Positions 1 through 9,954 of a DNA stretch of 64,000 bases are shown one piece after another (position 1 is the stretch's first letter; the number at the start of each line of letters is the position of its first letter). This DNA is from Nitrospirota bacterium (GTDB lineage: Bacteria > Nitrospirota > Nitrospiria > Nitrospirales > NS-4): positions 128,001-192,000 of the forward strand of contig CAWBGA010000013.1 of assembly GCA_963788195.1 (NCBI GenBank), read 5' to 3'. Under the pieces are notes generated by a model, which searched no databases, had not been told where the DNA came from, and was given only the letters and a program-made list of their open reading frames with translations. The translations under genes and the position numbers were made by a program.

Positions 1-1
1 G

Positions 2-220
2 TCATGGGATGAGTTTGCCAACCAGTCGTTCGATCTGGTGATCACCGTGTGTGATCAGGCTGCTGGCGAAAGCTGTCCACTATTTCCCGGCAACCCAAAG
101 AAGCTGCATTGGAGTACGCCTGACCCAGCGAAAGCGACGGGATCAGGGGCAGAGATAAACACTGCTTTTGATAACGCCTTTTTGATGCTGAAGAATCGTG
201 TCGTGGATTTAACGAAGTGA
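2..220 (+). CDS. arsC: Arsenate reductase, LMW-PTPase fold (5' truncated by window edge)
   Basis: Frame open from base 2 ([32 protein letters not shown]), typical ArsC C-terminal half; directly upstream of acr3. Confidence 0.85.
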   Translation, partial: SWDEFANQSFDLVITVCDQAAGESCPLFPGNPKKLHWSTPDPAKATGSGAEINTAFDNAFLMLKNRVVDLTK

Positions 221-1293
221 CCTCCTCCTCGCGTCGCCTGTCGTTTCTTGACCGTTATTTGACGCTCTGGATATTTCTCGCTATGGCGGGAGGGGTGGTC
301 ATCGGTTCTGTATTTAAGGGTGCGCCTGCCTTCCTTAACAGCCTATCGGTCGGATCGACGAACATTCCGATCGCAGTTGGCCTCATTTTGATGATGTACC
401 CTCCCTTGGCGCGGGTCAAATATGAAGAACTGCCGCTGATATTCAGAGACTGGAAAATCCTCCTGTTGTCGCTGGTTCAGAACTGGCTGATTGGCCCTAT
501 GCTGATGTTTGGCTTAGCCGTATTGTTCCTGCGTGACTATCCGGAATACATGACGGGGGTCATCCTGATCGGCCTCGCTCGATGCATTGCCATGGTCATT
601 GTCTGGAATCAACTGGCCGAGGGGGACACTCAATATGTTGCGGCGCTGGTCGCCTTCAACAGCATCTTTCAGCTTTTGTTCTTTACCGTTTATGCGTGGT
701 TTTTTCTGAGTGTTCTGCCGCCCGTGTTTGGACTGGGCGGGCACGTCGTTGAGGTCAGTTTCCGCACGATTGCGGAAAGCGTACTTATCTATCTTGGAAT
801 TCCCTTTCTGGCGGGGTTTTTATCTCGCGTCATTCTTATTCGGCAGAAAGGCCCTGAGTGGTATGAGCAGAGTTTCCTGCCCAAAATCGGACCGGTCACG
901 CTGATTGCGCTTCTTTTTACCATTGTTGCTATGTTTTCTCTTAAAGGAGGGATGGTGCTGAGATTGCCGGTTGATGTACTGCGCATTGCCACACCCTTGG
1001 GGATCTACTTCGTCACTATGTTCTTCGTCAGTTTCCTGATGGGCAAGGCAATCGGGGCCGACTACGGACAAACCACAGCAGCCTCTTTCACTGCCGCGAG
1101 CAACAATTTTGAGCTGGCCATTGCCGTGGCTATTGCCGCCTTTGGCTTGGGTTCATCGGTGGCCTTTGCCACGATTATCGGCCCGTTGGTCGAAGTTCCT
1201 GTCCTGATTGCTCTGGTAAACGTCGCGTTTTGGTTGCGCGCAAAACTATGGGCGCGAGTAGACCCGGAAGCCCGGCTTTCTATAGCTAGGTGA
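217..1293 (+). CDS. acr3: ACR3-family arsenite efflux transporter
   Basis: [50 protein letters not shown] motifs; highly hydrophobic. Confidence 0.95.
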   Translation: MTSSSRRLSFLDRYLTLWIFLAMAGGVVIGSVFKGAPAFLNSLSVGSTNIPIAVGLILMMYPPLARVKYEELPLIFRDWKILLLSLVQNWLIGPMLMFGLAVLFLRDYPEYMTGVILIGLARCIAMVIVWNQLAEGDTQYVAALVAFNSIFQLLFFTVYAWFFLSVLPPVFGLGGHVVEVSFRTIAESVLIYLGIPFLAGFLSRVILIRQKGPEWYEQSFLPKIGPVTLIALLFTIVAMFSLKGGMVLRLPVDVLRIATPLGIYFVTMFFVSFLMGKAIGADYGQTTAASFTAASNNFELAIAVAIAAFGLGSSVAFATIIGPLVEVPVLIALVNVAFWLRAKLWARVDPEARLSIAR

Positions 1294-1649
1294 CTGTTCT
1301 GTCTCGTATGAGAGGGTGACTAATCTGCCTGAAGCGCTACTAGCAGTTGATCTGTTGCTGCCGTGAAGGCGATCTTCGCCAACGTCGATGGCGGAGGATT
1401 GAACTAATAATCTGCAGCACATCACTCTTATCTGGGCCTCCGCGATACCTTATTCCGCGTTAACTGAATCCAACCTATGAAGCTGATCGCTTTAATTTCT
1501 TTTTAATAACCTAGGAGAATGATCTAGGTGAAACCTCTTCAAGCTAGTACAATGGCCTTTCATTGAAAGTATCCCTATGCAGCCGCCAGGCCGGCTCGTC
1601 CCCGGGATCGGTAGATTAACATTCACAAGTTTTCCAAGGAGATGCTGCG

Positions 1650-1790
1650 ATGGTCGAGGTTATCAGCGGTGCGTTTCTTGTCGCCCTCATTTGGCTCATA
1701 ACATATGGAATGTCTGCAACGGACTCCAAACAGCAGGATGTGTCGATGCCCCGGAATGAAGAATCCCCGACGACGAGGCGCGCGGCGTGA
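1650..1790 (+). CDS. Small single-TM hypothetical protein (46 aa), absent from the ORF track
   Basis: AAGGAG RBS at 1636-1641; MVEVISGAFLVALIWLITYGMSATDSKQQDVSMPRNEESPTTRRAA*. Confidence 0.55.
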   Translation: MVEVISGAFLVALIWLITYGMSATDSKQQDVSMPRNEESPTTRRAA

Positions 1791-1809
1791 CGCGCTATGC
1801 CAGTGGGCC

Positions 1810-1975
1810 ACCCCTTGCCTTCAATTGCAAGGGGTCGAAATAATTCCAGCGAGGGCGGGTGCCACGGGAAAAGCGGCTGTCTTGGCAGCCGCGGGGTCTA
1901 ACGGGAAGCGCTGTCTTGGCAGGGCGGGTGCCACGGGAAAAGCGGCTGTCTTGGCAGCCGCGGGGTGGGCGGGTG
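1810..1975 (+). repeat. G-tract/hairpin intergenic element cluster: ACCCCTTGC hairpin plus a 46-bp direct repeat carrying GCGGCTG-TCTTGG-CAGCCGC hairpins
   Basis: 46-nt exact duplication at 1852-1897 and 1921-1966; hairpins at 1810-1835, 1873-1892 and 1942-1961. Confidence 0.85.
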
Positions 1976-1986
1976 GAATGTGACGC

Positions 1987-2490
1987 TCAGAGGACGTCAT
2001 AGGCTGCCCGCATGGCTTCACCGCCAACGATGCGATAGGCGTTGAGGACAGGCGTTGTAGGATTCTCAAGCGAGATGATCAGATGCACCGGCTCGGCGAG
2101 ATTCAACACCGTGCGCACAGACTCGAAGTCCGTCGCGTTCCGAATATCGGTGACTGACGGCCGCGAGGGACTCTGCGGATGGGAATGATAGATCACTTGT
2201 AGGTCCAGCGCGTTTGTGCGCATATCCTTGAAAGCCAGCGACATCTCTCGGGCGTCCATGACGAAGGCGATCTCGGCGCGCTCCTCCGGGGTCAGTTGTT
2301 GAAGATGACTGACTTTGGCGGCATCAAAGTTCGCGATCTCTGCGCCCTCGCTGGCCACGATGTTTGTGATCTTGTAGTGCCGCGTCACGCGCATTTTCTG
2401 TCCTGCCAGTAGACCGCAACATTCGTGGGGCGAAGCGGCTTTTGCCTCGGCCACCATCGTGTCGATGATCTGTCGTGGAATAATCAGCAC
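1987..2490 (-). CDS. JAB/MPN (Mov34, M67) metalloprotease, sulfur-carrier processing peptidase
   Basis: PHECCGLLAG and YHSHPQSPSRPSVTD JAMM motif; last gene of the sulfur-carrier cluster. Confidence 0.9.
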   Translation of the reverse strand: MLIIPRQIIDTMVAEAKAASPHECCGLLAGQKMRVTRHYKITNIVASEGAEIANFDAAKVSHLQQLTPEERAEIAFVMDAREMSLAFKDMRTNALDLQVIYHSHPQSPSRPSVTDIRNATDFESVRTVLNLAEPVHLIISLENPTTPVLNAYRIVGGEAMRAAYDVL

Positions 2491-2506
2491 GAACGCAGCG
2501 GAAGGG

Positions 2507-3316
2507 CTAGAGCGCGCAAGAGACTTCGTAATTTCCTGACAGGTCGCGAATGCGGGGATTTGAGCCGCACAGCGCGCAGGCGGGATCTTTGGGAACGCGG
2601 GTCTTGCGGAAGGTCATCTCCAGGGCGTCATACATCAGGATTGAACCGGCCAAAGAGGTCCCGGCCCCGACGATTTCTTTCAGGCACTCGGCGGCTTGTA
2701 AGGTTCCGATGGTGCCGGCCAGGACACCAAGCACTCCTGCTTCCTGACAGTTGGGGACCAGTCCCGCGGGCGGGGGCTCAGCATACAGGCACCGATAGCA
2801 GGGGAAGCCGTCCGCCGGTTTCAATGTGGTCAACTGACCTTCGAACCGAAAGATGCTTCCGGAGATCAACGGCTTGCCGGCGAAGAAGCATGCGTCATTC
2901 ACGAGATAGCGGGTCGTAAAATTATCCGATCCATCCAGAACCAGATCGTAGTCAGCGAGAATCTTCATAATGTTGTCGGCGGCAATATTCATGGGATACG
3001 GATTGACCGTAACGTCGGGGTTGATGGCATTCAGCATGGTCCGTCCGGACTCCACCTTGAGTTGCCCGATCGTGTCCGTGGAGTGCAAAATCTGGCGTTG
3101 CAAATTCGACAGATCGACGACATCGCTGTCCACCAAGCCGATGGTGCCGATCCCCGCGGCAGCGAGATACAGGGCCGCGGGGCAGCCCAGGCCTCCGGCT
3201 CCGATGATCAGCACCTTGGCGGACGCCAGCTTTTTCTGGCCCTTTCCGCCGACCTCCGCCAGAATAATGTGGCGGCTGTAGCGCTCGATCTGGGTGTCGG
3301 TAAAGTCCACGCTCAC
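2507..3316 (-). CDS. moeB: ThiF/MoeB-family E1-like adenylyltransferase (copy 2)
   Basis: RYSRHIIL, GAGGLG, SNLQRQ, CYRC, C-x-EAGVLG, CALC motifs. Confidence 0.92.
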   Translation of the reverse strand: MSVDFTDTQIERYSRHIILAEVGGKGQKKLASAKVLIIGAGGLGCPAALYLAAAGIGTIGLVDSDVVDLSNLQRQILHSTDTIGQLKVESGRTMLNAINPDVTVNPYPMNIAADNIMKILADYDLVLDGSDNFTTRYLVNDACFFAGKPLISGSIFRFEGQLTTLKPADGFPCYRCLYAEPPPAGLVPNCQEAGVLGVLAGTIGTLQAAECLKEIVGAGTSLAGSILMYDALEMTFRKTRVPKDPACALCGSNPRIRDLSGNYEVSCAL

Positions 3317-3555
3317 TCCACCACGTTCAGTTCAATCGGATCAACGATGATGCCTTTATCCCTGATGCCCTCGATGGCGCGTTCGATTTCCCCTGGATCA
3401 CCCGCAAACTCGACATCGATCCAGCCTGTTGTCTCGCGCACATCAGCCCGGCGAATGTTGGTATCAACCTTGGGGAATTCTCGATTGATGCGACAGAGGA
3501 CCGGTTCCTTGATCTTCTCCTCAGGGAATCGCAGATGAAAGCGCAGGTGTGCCAT
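3313..3555 (-). CDS. Stand-alone NIL-domain protein
   Basis: LRFPEEKIKEPVL..VDTNIRRADV..GW pattern; GGAGG RBS upstream; about 80 aa. Confidence 0.8.
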   Translation of the reverse strand: MAHLRFHLRFPEEKIKEPVLCRINREFPKVDTNIRRADVRETTGWIDVEFAGDPGEIERAIEGIRDKGIIVDPIELNVVE

Positions 3556-3570
3556 CAGCATGGCCTCCCG

Positions 3571-3640
3571 AAGGGGACAGGCTACTCCGGTTCATCAGCC
3601 TGCAGCCCAAGACTGTTCCCGCCAAAAGTTGCCTGTCCCC
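3571..3640. repeat. GGGGACAG-type inverted-repeat doublet overlapping the 3' end of moaD/cysO
   Basis: AAGGGGACAGGCTACT (3571-3586) and AAAAGTTGCCTGTCCCC (3624-3640); same arms recur at 27539, 43419, 47721 and 60405. Confidence 0.85.
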
Positions 3641-3974
3641 GATGCTCCTGCCCATGCACCCGCCCACCAACTGCTGACCAAGGCCCGGCCCCTGTTGACC
3701 GCCTCCCCCCTGCAATGGCCGGCACGATTGAAATCTGGTCGCCGTCTTTGATCAATGTTTCCTTTCCCGACAGAAAACGGATGTCTTCCTCATTCAAATA
3801 GATGTTCACAAATCGTCGAATTTCTCCGGCCTCGTCGCAGATTCGGCCTTTTAAGCCGGGAAATTGCCCGTTCAAAGAATCAATCATGGACTGGATATCG
3901 ACAGCCTGGGTTTCGACCTCGCCTTTTCCGCCGGTCAGGGGTCGTAGTGGAGTGGGAATACGGACCTTTACCAT
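3582..3974 (-). CDS. MoaD/CysO-like ubiquitin-fold sulfur carrier with a 40-aa extension after the GG motif
   Basis: MVKVRIPTPLR..RRFVNIYLNEEDIRFL..SIVPAIAGG followed by RRSTGAG...DEPE*. Confidence 0.9.
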   Translation of the reverse strand: MVKVRIPTPLRPLTGGKGEVETQAVDIQSMIDSLNGQFPGLKGRICDEAGEIRRFVNIYLNEEDIRFLSGKETLIKDGDQISIVPAIAGGRRSTGAGPWSAVGGRVHGQEHRGQATFGGNSLGLQADEPE

Positions 3975-3992
3975 GTGATTGAATCCGCGCCG

Positions 3993-5240
3993 TCAACCCT
4001 GAGACGGGGCCAAGTTGAATGTTTTCTGGAACTGCACCAGGCTCGGAGAAATACGCGTCGGCCGGCCGACGGCATTGATGATCGCATCCTGTGTCTTGAG
4101 GCCGTTCCCGGTTATCAGCGCGACCGTGACATCATGTCGCTTGATAATGCCCTGTTTCGCAAGTTTTTTGAGCACGCCTACAGTTACTCCTCCCGCGGTT
4201 TCGGCAAAAATCCCTTCGGTTTGCGCGAGCAGAGTCATGCCATCGACAATCTCCTCATCCGTCACGGTTTCCATCGCGCCGCCGCTCTCGGCAGTCGCCT
4301 TGAGGGCATAATAGCCATCCGCCGGATTTCCAATCGCGAGAGACTTGGCAATCGTCTTGGGCTTCACCGGCTTAAAAAAGTCCCGCCCCTGCTTGTAGGC
4401 GGCGGCGATGGGCGAGCATCCCTCCGCCTGCGCCCCATGGACGCGGCTGTGCATGTCGGTCACCAATCCGAGCTTCTGCATCTCATTGAGGCCTTTCCAG
4501 ATTTTCGTCAACAGCGAACCGGACGCCATTGGAACGACCACGTGATCCGGGGCCACCCAATCCAATTGCTCGACGACCTCATAGGCGAGGGTTTTTGAGC
4601 CTTCGGAGTAGTAGGGGCGGATGTTGACATTCACGAACGCCCAATGCTGCTCCCCGGCGATCTCACTGCACAGGCGGTTCACGTCATCGTAGCTGCCTTC
4701 TACCTCCACCACATTGGGGCGGTACACGAGATTTCCGAGCACCTTGGCCGCCTCCAGGTCATGAGGGATAAACACATAACATTGCATCTTGGCTGAGGCC
4801 GCATGTGCGGCGACCGAGTTCGCCAGATTCCCCGTCGACGCGCAGGCCACGGTCTCGTAGCCGAGCTCACGGGCACGAGTGAGCGCCACCGCCACGACGC
4901 GGTCCTTAAACGAAAGCGTCGGATGATTCACGGTGTCGTTTTTGACATAGAGTTGGTCCAGGCCCAGCTCGTCCCCTAAGTTTTTCGCGCGGACGAGCGG
5001 GGTAAAGCCGGCATGCAGCCCGATAGTCGGCTCGCCTTGGATCGGCAAGAGATCCACATAGCGCCAGAGGCTTTTGGGCCCATTCTCAATCTTTTTGCGC
5101 GTGAGACTGGCTTGGATCTGTTTGTAGTCATACTGGACCTCAAGCGGTCCGAAGCAAAGCTCACAGACATGCAGAGACACGGCGGGATATTCTTTTCCGC
5201 ACTCCCGGCAGATCAAGCCTTTCATCTTGGGCGGTGTCAT
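3993..5240 (-). CDS. thrC: Threonine synthase-like PLP enzyme
   Basis: N-terminal CRECG/CELC Zn ribbon, PTLSFKDR PLP lysine, ASTGN, EGSKT motifs. Confidence 0.85.
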   Translation of the reverse strand: MTPPKMKGLICRECGKEYPAVSLHVCELCFGPLEVQYDYKQIQASLTRKKIENGPKSLWRYVDLLPIQGEPTIGLHAGFTPLVRAKNLGDELGLDQLYVKNDTVNHPTLSFKDRVVAVALTRARELGYETVACASTGNLANSVAAHAASAKMQCYVFIPHDLEAAKVLGNLVYRPNVVEVEGSYDDVNRLCSEIAGEQHWAFVNVNIRPYYSEGSKTLAYEVVEQLDWVAPDHVVVPMASGSLLTKIWKGLNEMQKLGLVTDMHSRVHGAQAEGCSPIAAAYKQGRDFFKPVKPKTIAKSLAIGNPADGYYALKATAESGGAMETVTDEEIVDGMTLLAQTEGIFAETAGGVTVGVLKKLAKQGIIKRHDVTVALITGNGLKTQDAIINAVGRPTRISPSLVQFQKTFNLAPSQG

Positions 5241-5247
5241 ACGTTCC

Positions 5248-6066
5248 CTAGGCGGTCTTTATCGCGCAGACTTCGAGTTCGTGCTCCACCAACCGGGTGA
5301 TCGTGGGCTGCTCGCCGCACAGCGCGCACGCGGGATTTTTTACGATCCGGATCTCGCGAAAGCGCGTCAACCGAGCGTCGTAATCGAGGAGACGATCGGT
5401 TAACAGGCGACCGCGGCCCAGGATGAGCTTCAGGACTTCGGTGGCCTGTAGGGTGCCGATCACCCCGGCAAGCGCCCCGATGACTCCGGCCTCCTGGCAG
5501 CTTGCGACTAACCCGGCAGGTGGAGGCTGCTTGAACACGCACCGATAGCAGGCGCTCTTTCCCGGTACGATCGTGAAGACCCGGCCGTCAAACCGGAGGA
5601 TCGCGCCGTGCACCAGCGGCTTTTTGGCGAAGAAACAGGCGTCGTTGATCAAGAACTTCCCGGGAAAGTTATCGACGCCATCCACCACGATGTCATACCC
5701 GGCGATAATCTCCAGGGCGTTGTCGGCATTGAGTCGCGTATAGTGGGTCTCGACGGTGACATGAGGGTTAAGCGCCAAGATTTTGGCCTTGGCGGAGTCG
5801 ACTTTAGGGCGTCCAATGTCCGGCGTCTGGTGGATGATCTGTCGTTGCAGGTTCGAGAGGTCCACGACGTCACTATCAACAAGGCCAATCGTTCCAACCC
5901 CGGCGGCGGCCAGATAAAAGGCGACCGGTGAACCCAAGCCGCCTGTGCCGACCACCAGAACTTTTGCCTGCCCGATCCTGGACTGTCCCTTGCCGCCGAC
6001 CTCGGGCAAAAGGATGTGGCGGCTATAACGGGTAACTTGTTCTTCTGAGTCCGTTGAGAAAGACAT
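5248..6066 (-). CDS. moeB: ThiF/MoeB-family E1-like adenylyltransferase (copy 1)
   Basis: RYSRHILL, GTGGLG, SNLQRQ, CYRC, CQEAGVIG, CALC motifs. Confidence 0.92.
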   Translation of the reverse strand: MSFSTDSEEQVTRYSRHILLPEVGGKGQSRIGQAKVLVVGTGGLGSPVAFYLAAAGVGTIGLVDSDVVDLSNLQRQIIHQTPDIGRPKVDSAKAKILALNPHVTVETHYTRLNADNALEIIAGYDIVVDGVDNFPGKFLINDACFFAKKPLVHGAILRFDGRVFTIVPGKSACYRCVFKQPPPAGLVASCQEAGVIGALAGVIGTLQATEVLKLILGRGRLLTDRLLDYDARLTRFREIRIVKNPACALCGEQPTITRLVEHELEVCAIKTA

Positions 6067-6083
6067 TGGTGTCCGGCCGCTGA

Positions 6084-7010
6084 CTAGATATTAAAGTATT
6101 TTTCGATGCTGATGTAGCGCTCGCCGGTGTCGCATAACACCGTCACGACATTTTTGCCCGGTCCGAGCTCGGCGGCGACCTTCTGAGCAGCGGCGACATT
6201 GGCTCCCGAGGAGATCCCTACAAGCAGTCCTTCCTTTTTGGCAAGAAGTTTCGCCGTTTGATAGGCCTCGTCGTCGGTGACAGTCAGAACCCCATCCAGG
6301 ATCGATTTGTTGAGGACCTTGGGAATAAAGCCCGCCCCGATTCCCTGGATCCGATGCGGCCCAGGGTCGCCTCCGGAGAGGACCGGCGAGCCCGCCGGCT
6401 CAACAGCAAGGATGCGAATCTTGGGGTTCCGCTCCTTGAAGACCTCGCCGCAGCCCGTAATGGTTCCACCGGTGCCTACCGCCGCCACAAACGCGTCGAA
6501 CCGCCCCTCCATCGCTTCCCAGATCTCCACCGCGGTGGTCTTGCGGTGCATGGCGGGATTCGCCGGATTTGAAAATTGCTCCGGCATGAAATAGTCAGGG
6601 TTCGCGCTCACGAGCGTTTCGGTCTCCTTGATGGAACCTTTCATGCCCTCCCACGCGGCCGTCAGGACCAACTGGGCGCCGTAGGACGACAGCAAACTGG
6701 CCCGTTCCATGCTCATGCTTTCCGGCATCACCAAGATGAGCTTGTACCCCCGGATGGCCGAGATCAGTGCGAGGCCGATGCCCGTATTGCCGCTGGTGGC
6801 CTCTACAATCGTTCCCCCTGGCTTCAGCCGGCCCTGTCGTTCGGCCTCATCGATCATATTCAGGCAAATCCGATCCTTGACCGAACCCCCGGGGTTGAAA
6901 TACTCGACCTTGGCATAGATGGTCGCGCTACCCTCTTTCGACAGCCGGTTGAGTCGGACTAAGGGTGTGCAACCAATAAGTTCAGTGATGGAATCGTGCC
7001 GAAGGTGCAT
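6084..7010 (-). CDS. cysK: Cysteine synthase A
   Basis: NPGGSVKDR, TSGNTG, GTGGT, HRIQGIG, GISSGA, DTGERY motifs. Confidence 0.95.
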   Translation of the reverse strand: MHLRHDSITELIGCTPLVRLNRLSKEGSATIYAKVEYFNPGGSVKDRICLNMIDEAERQGRLKPGGTIVEATSGNTGIGLALISAIRGYKLILVMPESMSMERASLLSSYGAQLVLTAAWEGMKGSIKETETLVSANPDYFMPEQFSNPANPAMHRKTTAVEIWEAMEGRFDAFVAAVGTGGTITGCGEVFKERNPKIRILAVEPAGSPVLSGGDPGPHRIQGIGAGFIPKVLNKSILDGVLTVTDDEAYQTAKLLAKKEGLLVGISSGANVAAAQKVAAELGPGKNVVTVLCDTGERYISIEKYFNI

Positions 7011-7211
7011 CTAGGCGCCTCCACCCATGTAGAAGAGAAGCTCAAGGGCGTCGCCGTCTTTGAGGGCAGTGCTTCCCAATTCGTCTCGTTCAAGGATCCT
7101 TGAGTTCAATTCTACCGCCACCATCTGCGGTTCAACCTCTTTGGCTCTCAGCATCTCCAACACCGTGCCGCCCGCGACCTCCTCGGCTTTCCCGTTGATC
7201 GTCACTCGCAT
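7011..7211 (-). CDS. thiS: ThiS-family sulfur carrier ending in GGGA
   Basis: MRVTINGK..VAVELN..LKDGDALELLFYMGGGA*; 66 aa from ATG at 7211. Confidence 0.9.
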   Translation of the reverse strand: MRVTINGKAEEVAGGTVLEMLRAKEVEPQMVAVELNSRILERDELGSTALKDGDALELLFYMGGGA

Positions 7212-7258
7212 AAAAATGGAATCCGTGACTGAGTTTAAGGCAATAGGAATGGTTGTTG

Positions 7259-7288
7259 ACTTTAGCCAAGGCGGACCGTCATTGTCAA
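7259..7288 (-). promoter_or_regulatory. Putative sigma70 promoter of the sulfur-carrier operon
   Basis: Minus strand TTGACA-N18-TAAAGT, about 50 nt upstream of thiS. Confidence 0.5.
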
Positions 7289-7306
7289 GAAACGAGGCCC
7301 TTCGCG

Positions 7307-7335
7307 TTGACATAGGCCCAGGTATTTCCTATAAT
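7307..7335 (+). promoter_or_regulatory. Consensus sigma70 promoter
   Basis: TTGACA-N17-TATAAT upstream of the CDP-alcohol phosphatidyltransferase. Confidence 0.85.
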
Positions 7336-7367
7336 TTTTCTTCTCCTGACGGTGGCCCCAGGAGCGC

Positions 7368-7904
7368 ATGAATCTTCCCAATTCGCTGACCGTTTTCCGT
7401 ATCCTCCTCATCCCTTTCTTTGTTGGATTTCTGATCTACGGACGCTATGGAGCGGCCTTGATGGCCCTCATCATAGCCGGGATTACGGACATTCTCGACG
7501 GCGTTATTGCCCGGATGGCAAACCAGCGAACGAAGCTCGGGGCGCATCTTGATCCGGTCGCGGACAAGCTGCTTTTGACCTCTGCATTTGTGACGCTTTC
7601 GATCCTACAGTTAGTGCCCATCTGGGTCGCGATTATCATTCTGAGCCGGGATCTTATCATCGTCACCGGCACGCTGCTGCTCTATTTGACCCAGACGCCG
7701 ATGGAGGTGGCTCCAACAGTGCTTGGCAAGGGCACGACATTGGCCCAACTCCTCTACCTCGCCCTCGTCCTGGTCTTGCTTTATCTGCACCGGGACATCT
7801 CTCTCTTGACGCCGCTCTTAAGTGTCATGCTGGTGCTTACGGTAGCTTCGGGGCTCCAGTACGTGTATCGCGGAATCCGCGCCTACCGGCCACGTCTCGT
7901 GTAA
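7368..7904 (+). CDS. pgsA: CDP-alcohol phosphatidyltransferase (PgsA-like)
   Basis: MNLPNSLTVFR, TDILDGVIAR..TKLGAHLDPVADK motif. Confidence 0.85.
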   Translation: MNLPNSLTVFRILLIPFFVGFLIYGRYGAALMALIIAGITDILDGVIARMANQRTKLGAHLDPVADKLLLTSAFVTLSILQLVPIWVAIIILSRDLIIVTGTLLLYLTQTPMEVAPTVLGKGTTLAQLLYLALVLVLLYLHRDISLLTPLLSVMLVLTVASGLQYVYRGIRAYRPRLV

Positions 7905-7967
7905 CAAGTTTTCGTCCGCTCCTGAGTCGGCCGCATACTCATCCATAAAATTATGTAGGGACAAAAA

Positions 7968-7996
7968 TTGACAATGGGTCGAGAAAGTCCTAGACT
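7968..7996 (+). promoter_or_regulatory. Putative sigma70 promoter of pilB-pilC-pilS-pilR
   Basis: TTGACA-N17-TAGACT. Confidence 0.65.
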
Positions 7997-8086
7997 TTGG
8001 ATGCGGGTAGGTATTCAACCCTATGAAGTCGTGGACTTGCGTTGACGTACCCCGGTTAGACTTTTTTTGGTAAAGCGGAGCACGGC

Positions 8087-9924
8087 ATGGCTGTCACGGT
8101 CGACAGAATAGGCAAGCTGCTGGTGACTGCAAAGCTCATCAGTGAAGATCAACTTAAAGAGGCCGCGGTTATCCAGAAACAGAAGGGCAATGGTCAGCTC
8201 GGCAGCACTCTCGTCAAGATGGGTTTTATCGACGAGGCAAAGCTGTTGACCTTTCTTTCACATCAGTATCGCGTTCCGTCGATCAATCTGCACACGTACG
8301 CAGCTATTGATCCGGCGGTGATCAAACTCGTCCCTATTGAATTGGTCAGGAAACATCTGGTGCTGCCGCTCAAGCGGGTCGGCTCGACGCTTACGGTCGC
8401 CATGGCGGACCCAACAAACGTCTTCGGTCTCGACGATCTCAAATTTCGGACGAACTATTCCATCCAACCTGTGATCGCCAGCGAATCGGCGCTGCTTGAA
8501 GCCGTTGCGAAATATTACGGCATCACTCCCGGCATGTCCGTGGGCGACGACGGTAAGCAAGGGGACACCTCGAGGTTGCTTGAGGTGAAGGACTACACGA
8601 TCAACGACCTGCAAGCCGCGCAATGAATACAGCATCCAAGATGAGGGCGCGACAATCGATGTGGAAGATTTCGATAAGACCGTCGGTGACGTGCTGGACT
8701 CCGTGGAGGTCGCAGAGGAAGAGGAGCCCCAGGGTTATGCCAGCGATGCGGTGGAGGCTCCTGTCGTCAAGTTGGTCAATGGCATCCTGGTCAACGCGCT
8801 CAAGACCGGCTCAAGCGATGTCCACATCGAACCCTATGAGAACGTCTTTCGCGTCCGCTACCGTCTCGACGGCCAGATGATGACCGTCATGAACCTGCCC
8901 ATGAAGGTCAAAAACGCCATGGTCTCCCGGGTAAAGATCATGGCCAAATTGGATATCGCCGAGCGGCGTCTTCCCCAAGACGGGCGCATTAAATTAAAGC
9001 TGGGAGCGAAGAGGGATGTCGATTTCCGTGTCTCGGTCATGCCCACGCTCTTCGGCGAAAAGGCGTGCCTGCGAGTCCTGGATAAGGCCAATGTGCAGTT
9101 GGACATGATGAAACTTGGCTTTGAGGACGCGCAGCGCAAGGAGTTGAAAGCCGGCTTAGCGTCGCCCTTCGGGATGATTCTGGTCACCGGTCCCACGGGC
9201 AGCGGCAAGACCACGACTCTCTACTCTGCCCTGCAGGCGCTCAACACGCCCTGCCGTCAATATTTGCACTGCGGAAGATCCCATCGAGTTTAATTTTATG
9301 GGTATCAATCAGGTGCAGGTACACCCCGATATCGGCTTGACCTTCGCCGCCGCCCTGAAAGCCTTTCTGCGGCAGGACCCCGACATCATCATGATCGGCG
9401 AGATCCGGGATTACGAAACCGGGGAGATCGGCGTGAAAGCAGCCCTCACCGGGCATTTGGTCCTGGCGTCTCTCCATACGAACGATGCGCCCTCCACGAT
9501 CAACCGGCTTTTGAACATGGGGATCGAGCCGTTCTTGGTCTCCAGCTCAGTGGTTCTGATTATCGCCCAGCGTCTGGCCCGCCGTATCTGTAAGGATTGT
9601 AAGATGCCGGACCCCGAAGTCACACCGGATCTGCTGAGGAAAATCGGGATGAAGGATGAGGAAATCGCTACGGCGAAACCGCATAAAGGGGCCGGTTGCG
9701 TGGTCTGTAATAAGACGGGCTATAAAGGACGCGTGGCGTTGTACCAGGTGATGACCGTCAGCGATCGGATTCGAGCCGGAATCCTGCAAGGGGCTTCGAC
9801 CGATGAGATCAAGCAGTTGTCAATCGAGGATGGTGTGAAGACCCTGCGCATGAGCGGCCTGACCAAGATTGCGGAAGGGATTACGACGATCTCGGAGGTT
9901 GAGAGCTGCACAATCGCCGATTAA
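8087..9924 (+). CDS. pilB: Type IV pilus assembly ATPase PilB (two +1 frame breaks near 8620 and 9250, likely sequencing errors)
   Basis: Three consecutive ORFs: MshEN-like N-terminus, SDVHIEP, ERRLPQDG, GPTGSGKT, LRQDPD, CKDC..CVVC. Confidence 0.93.
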
Positions 9925-9954
9925 CCGGACATTTTTCCACAGTGAGGTGAATGT

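Noticed and set aside
7225..7265. Rrf2/CymR-like operator upstream of thiS
   Set aside because: Only a vague AT-rich resemblance with no clear dyad, and no regulator gene is adjacent
8620..9260. Programmed frameshifting or pseudogenisation of pil and other genes
   Set aside because: No shared slippery sequence, and breaks occur equally in housekeeping genes; best explained as sequencing error
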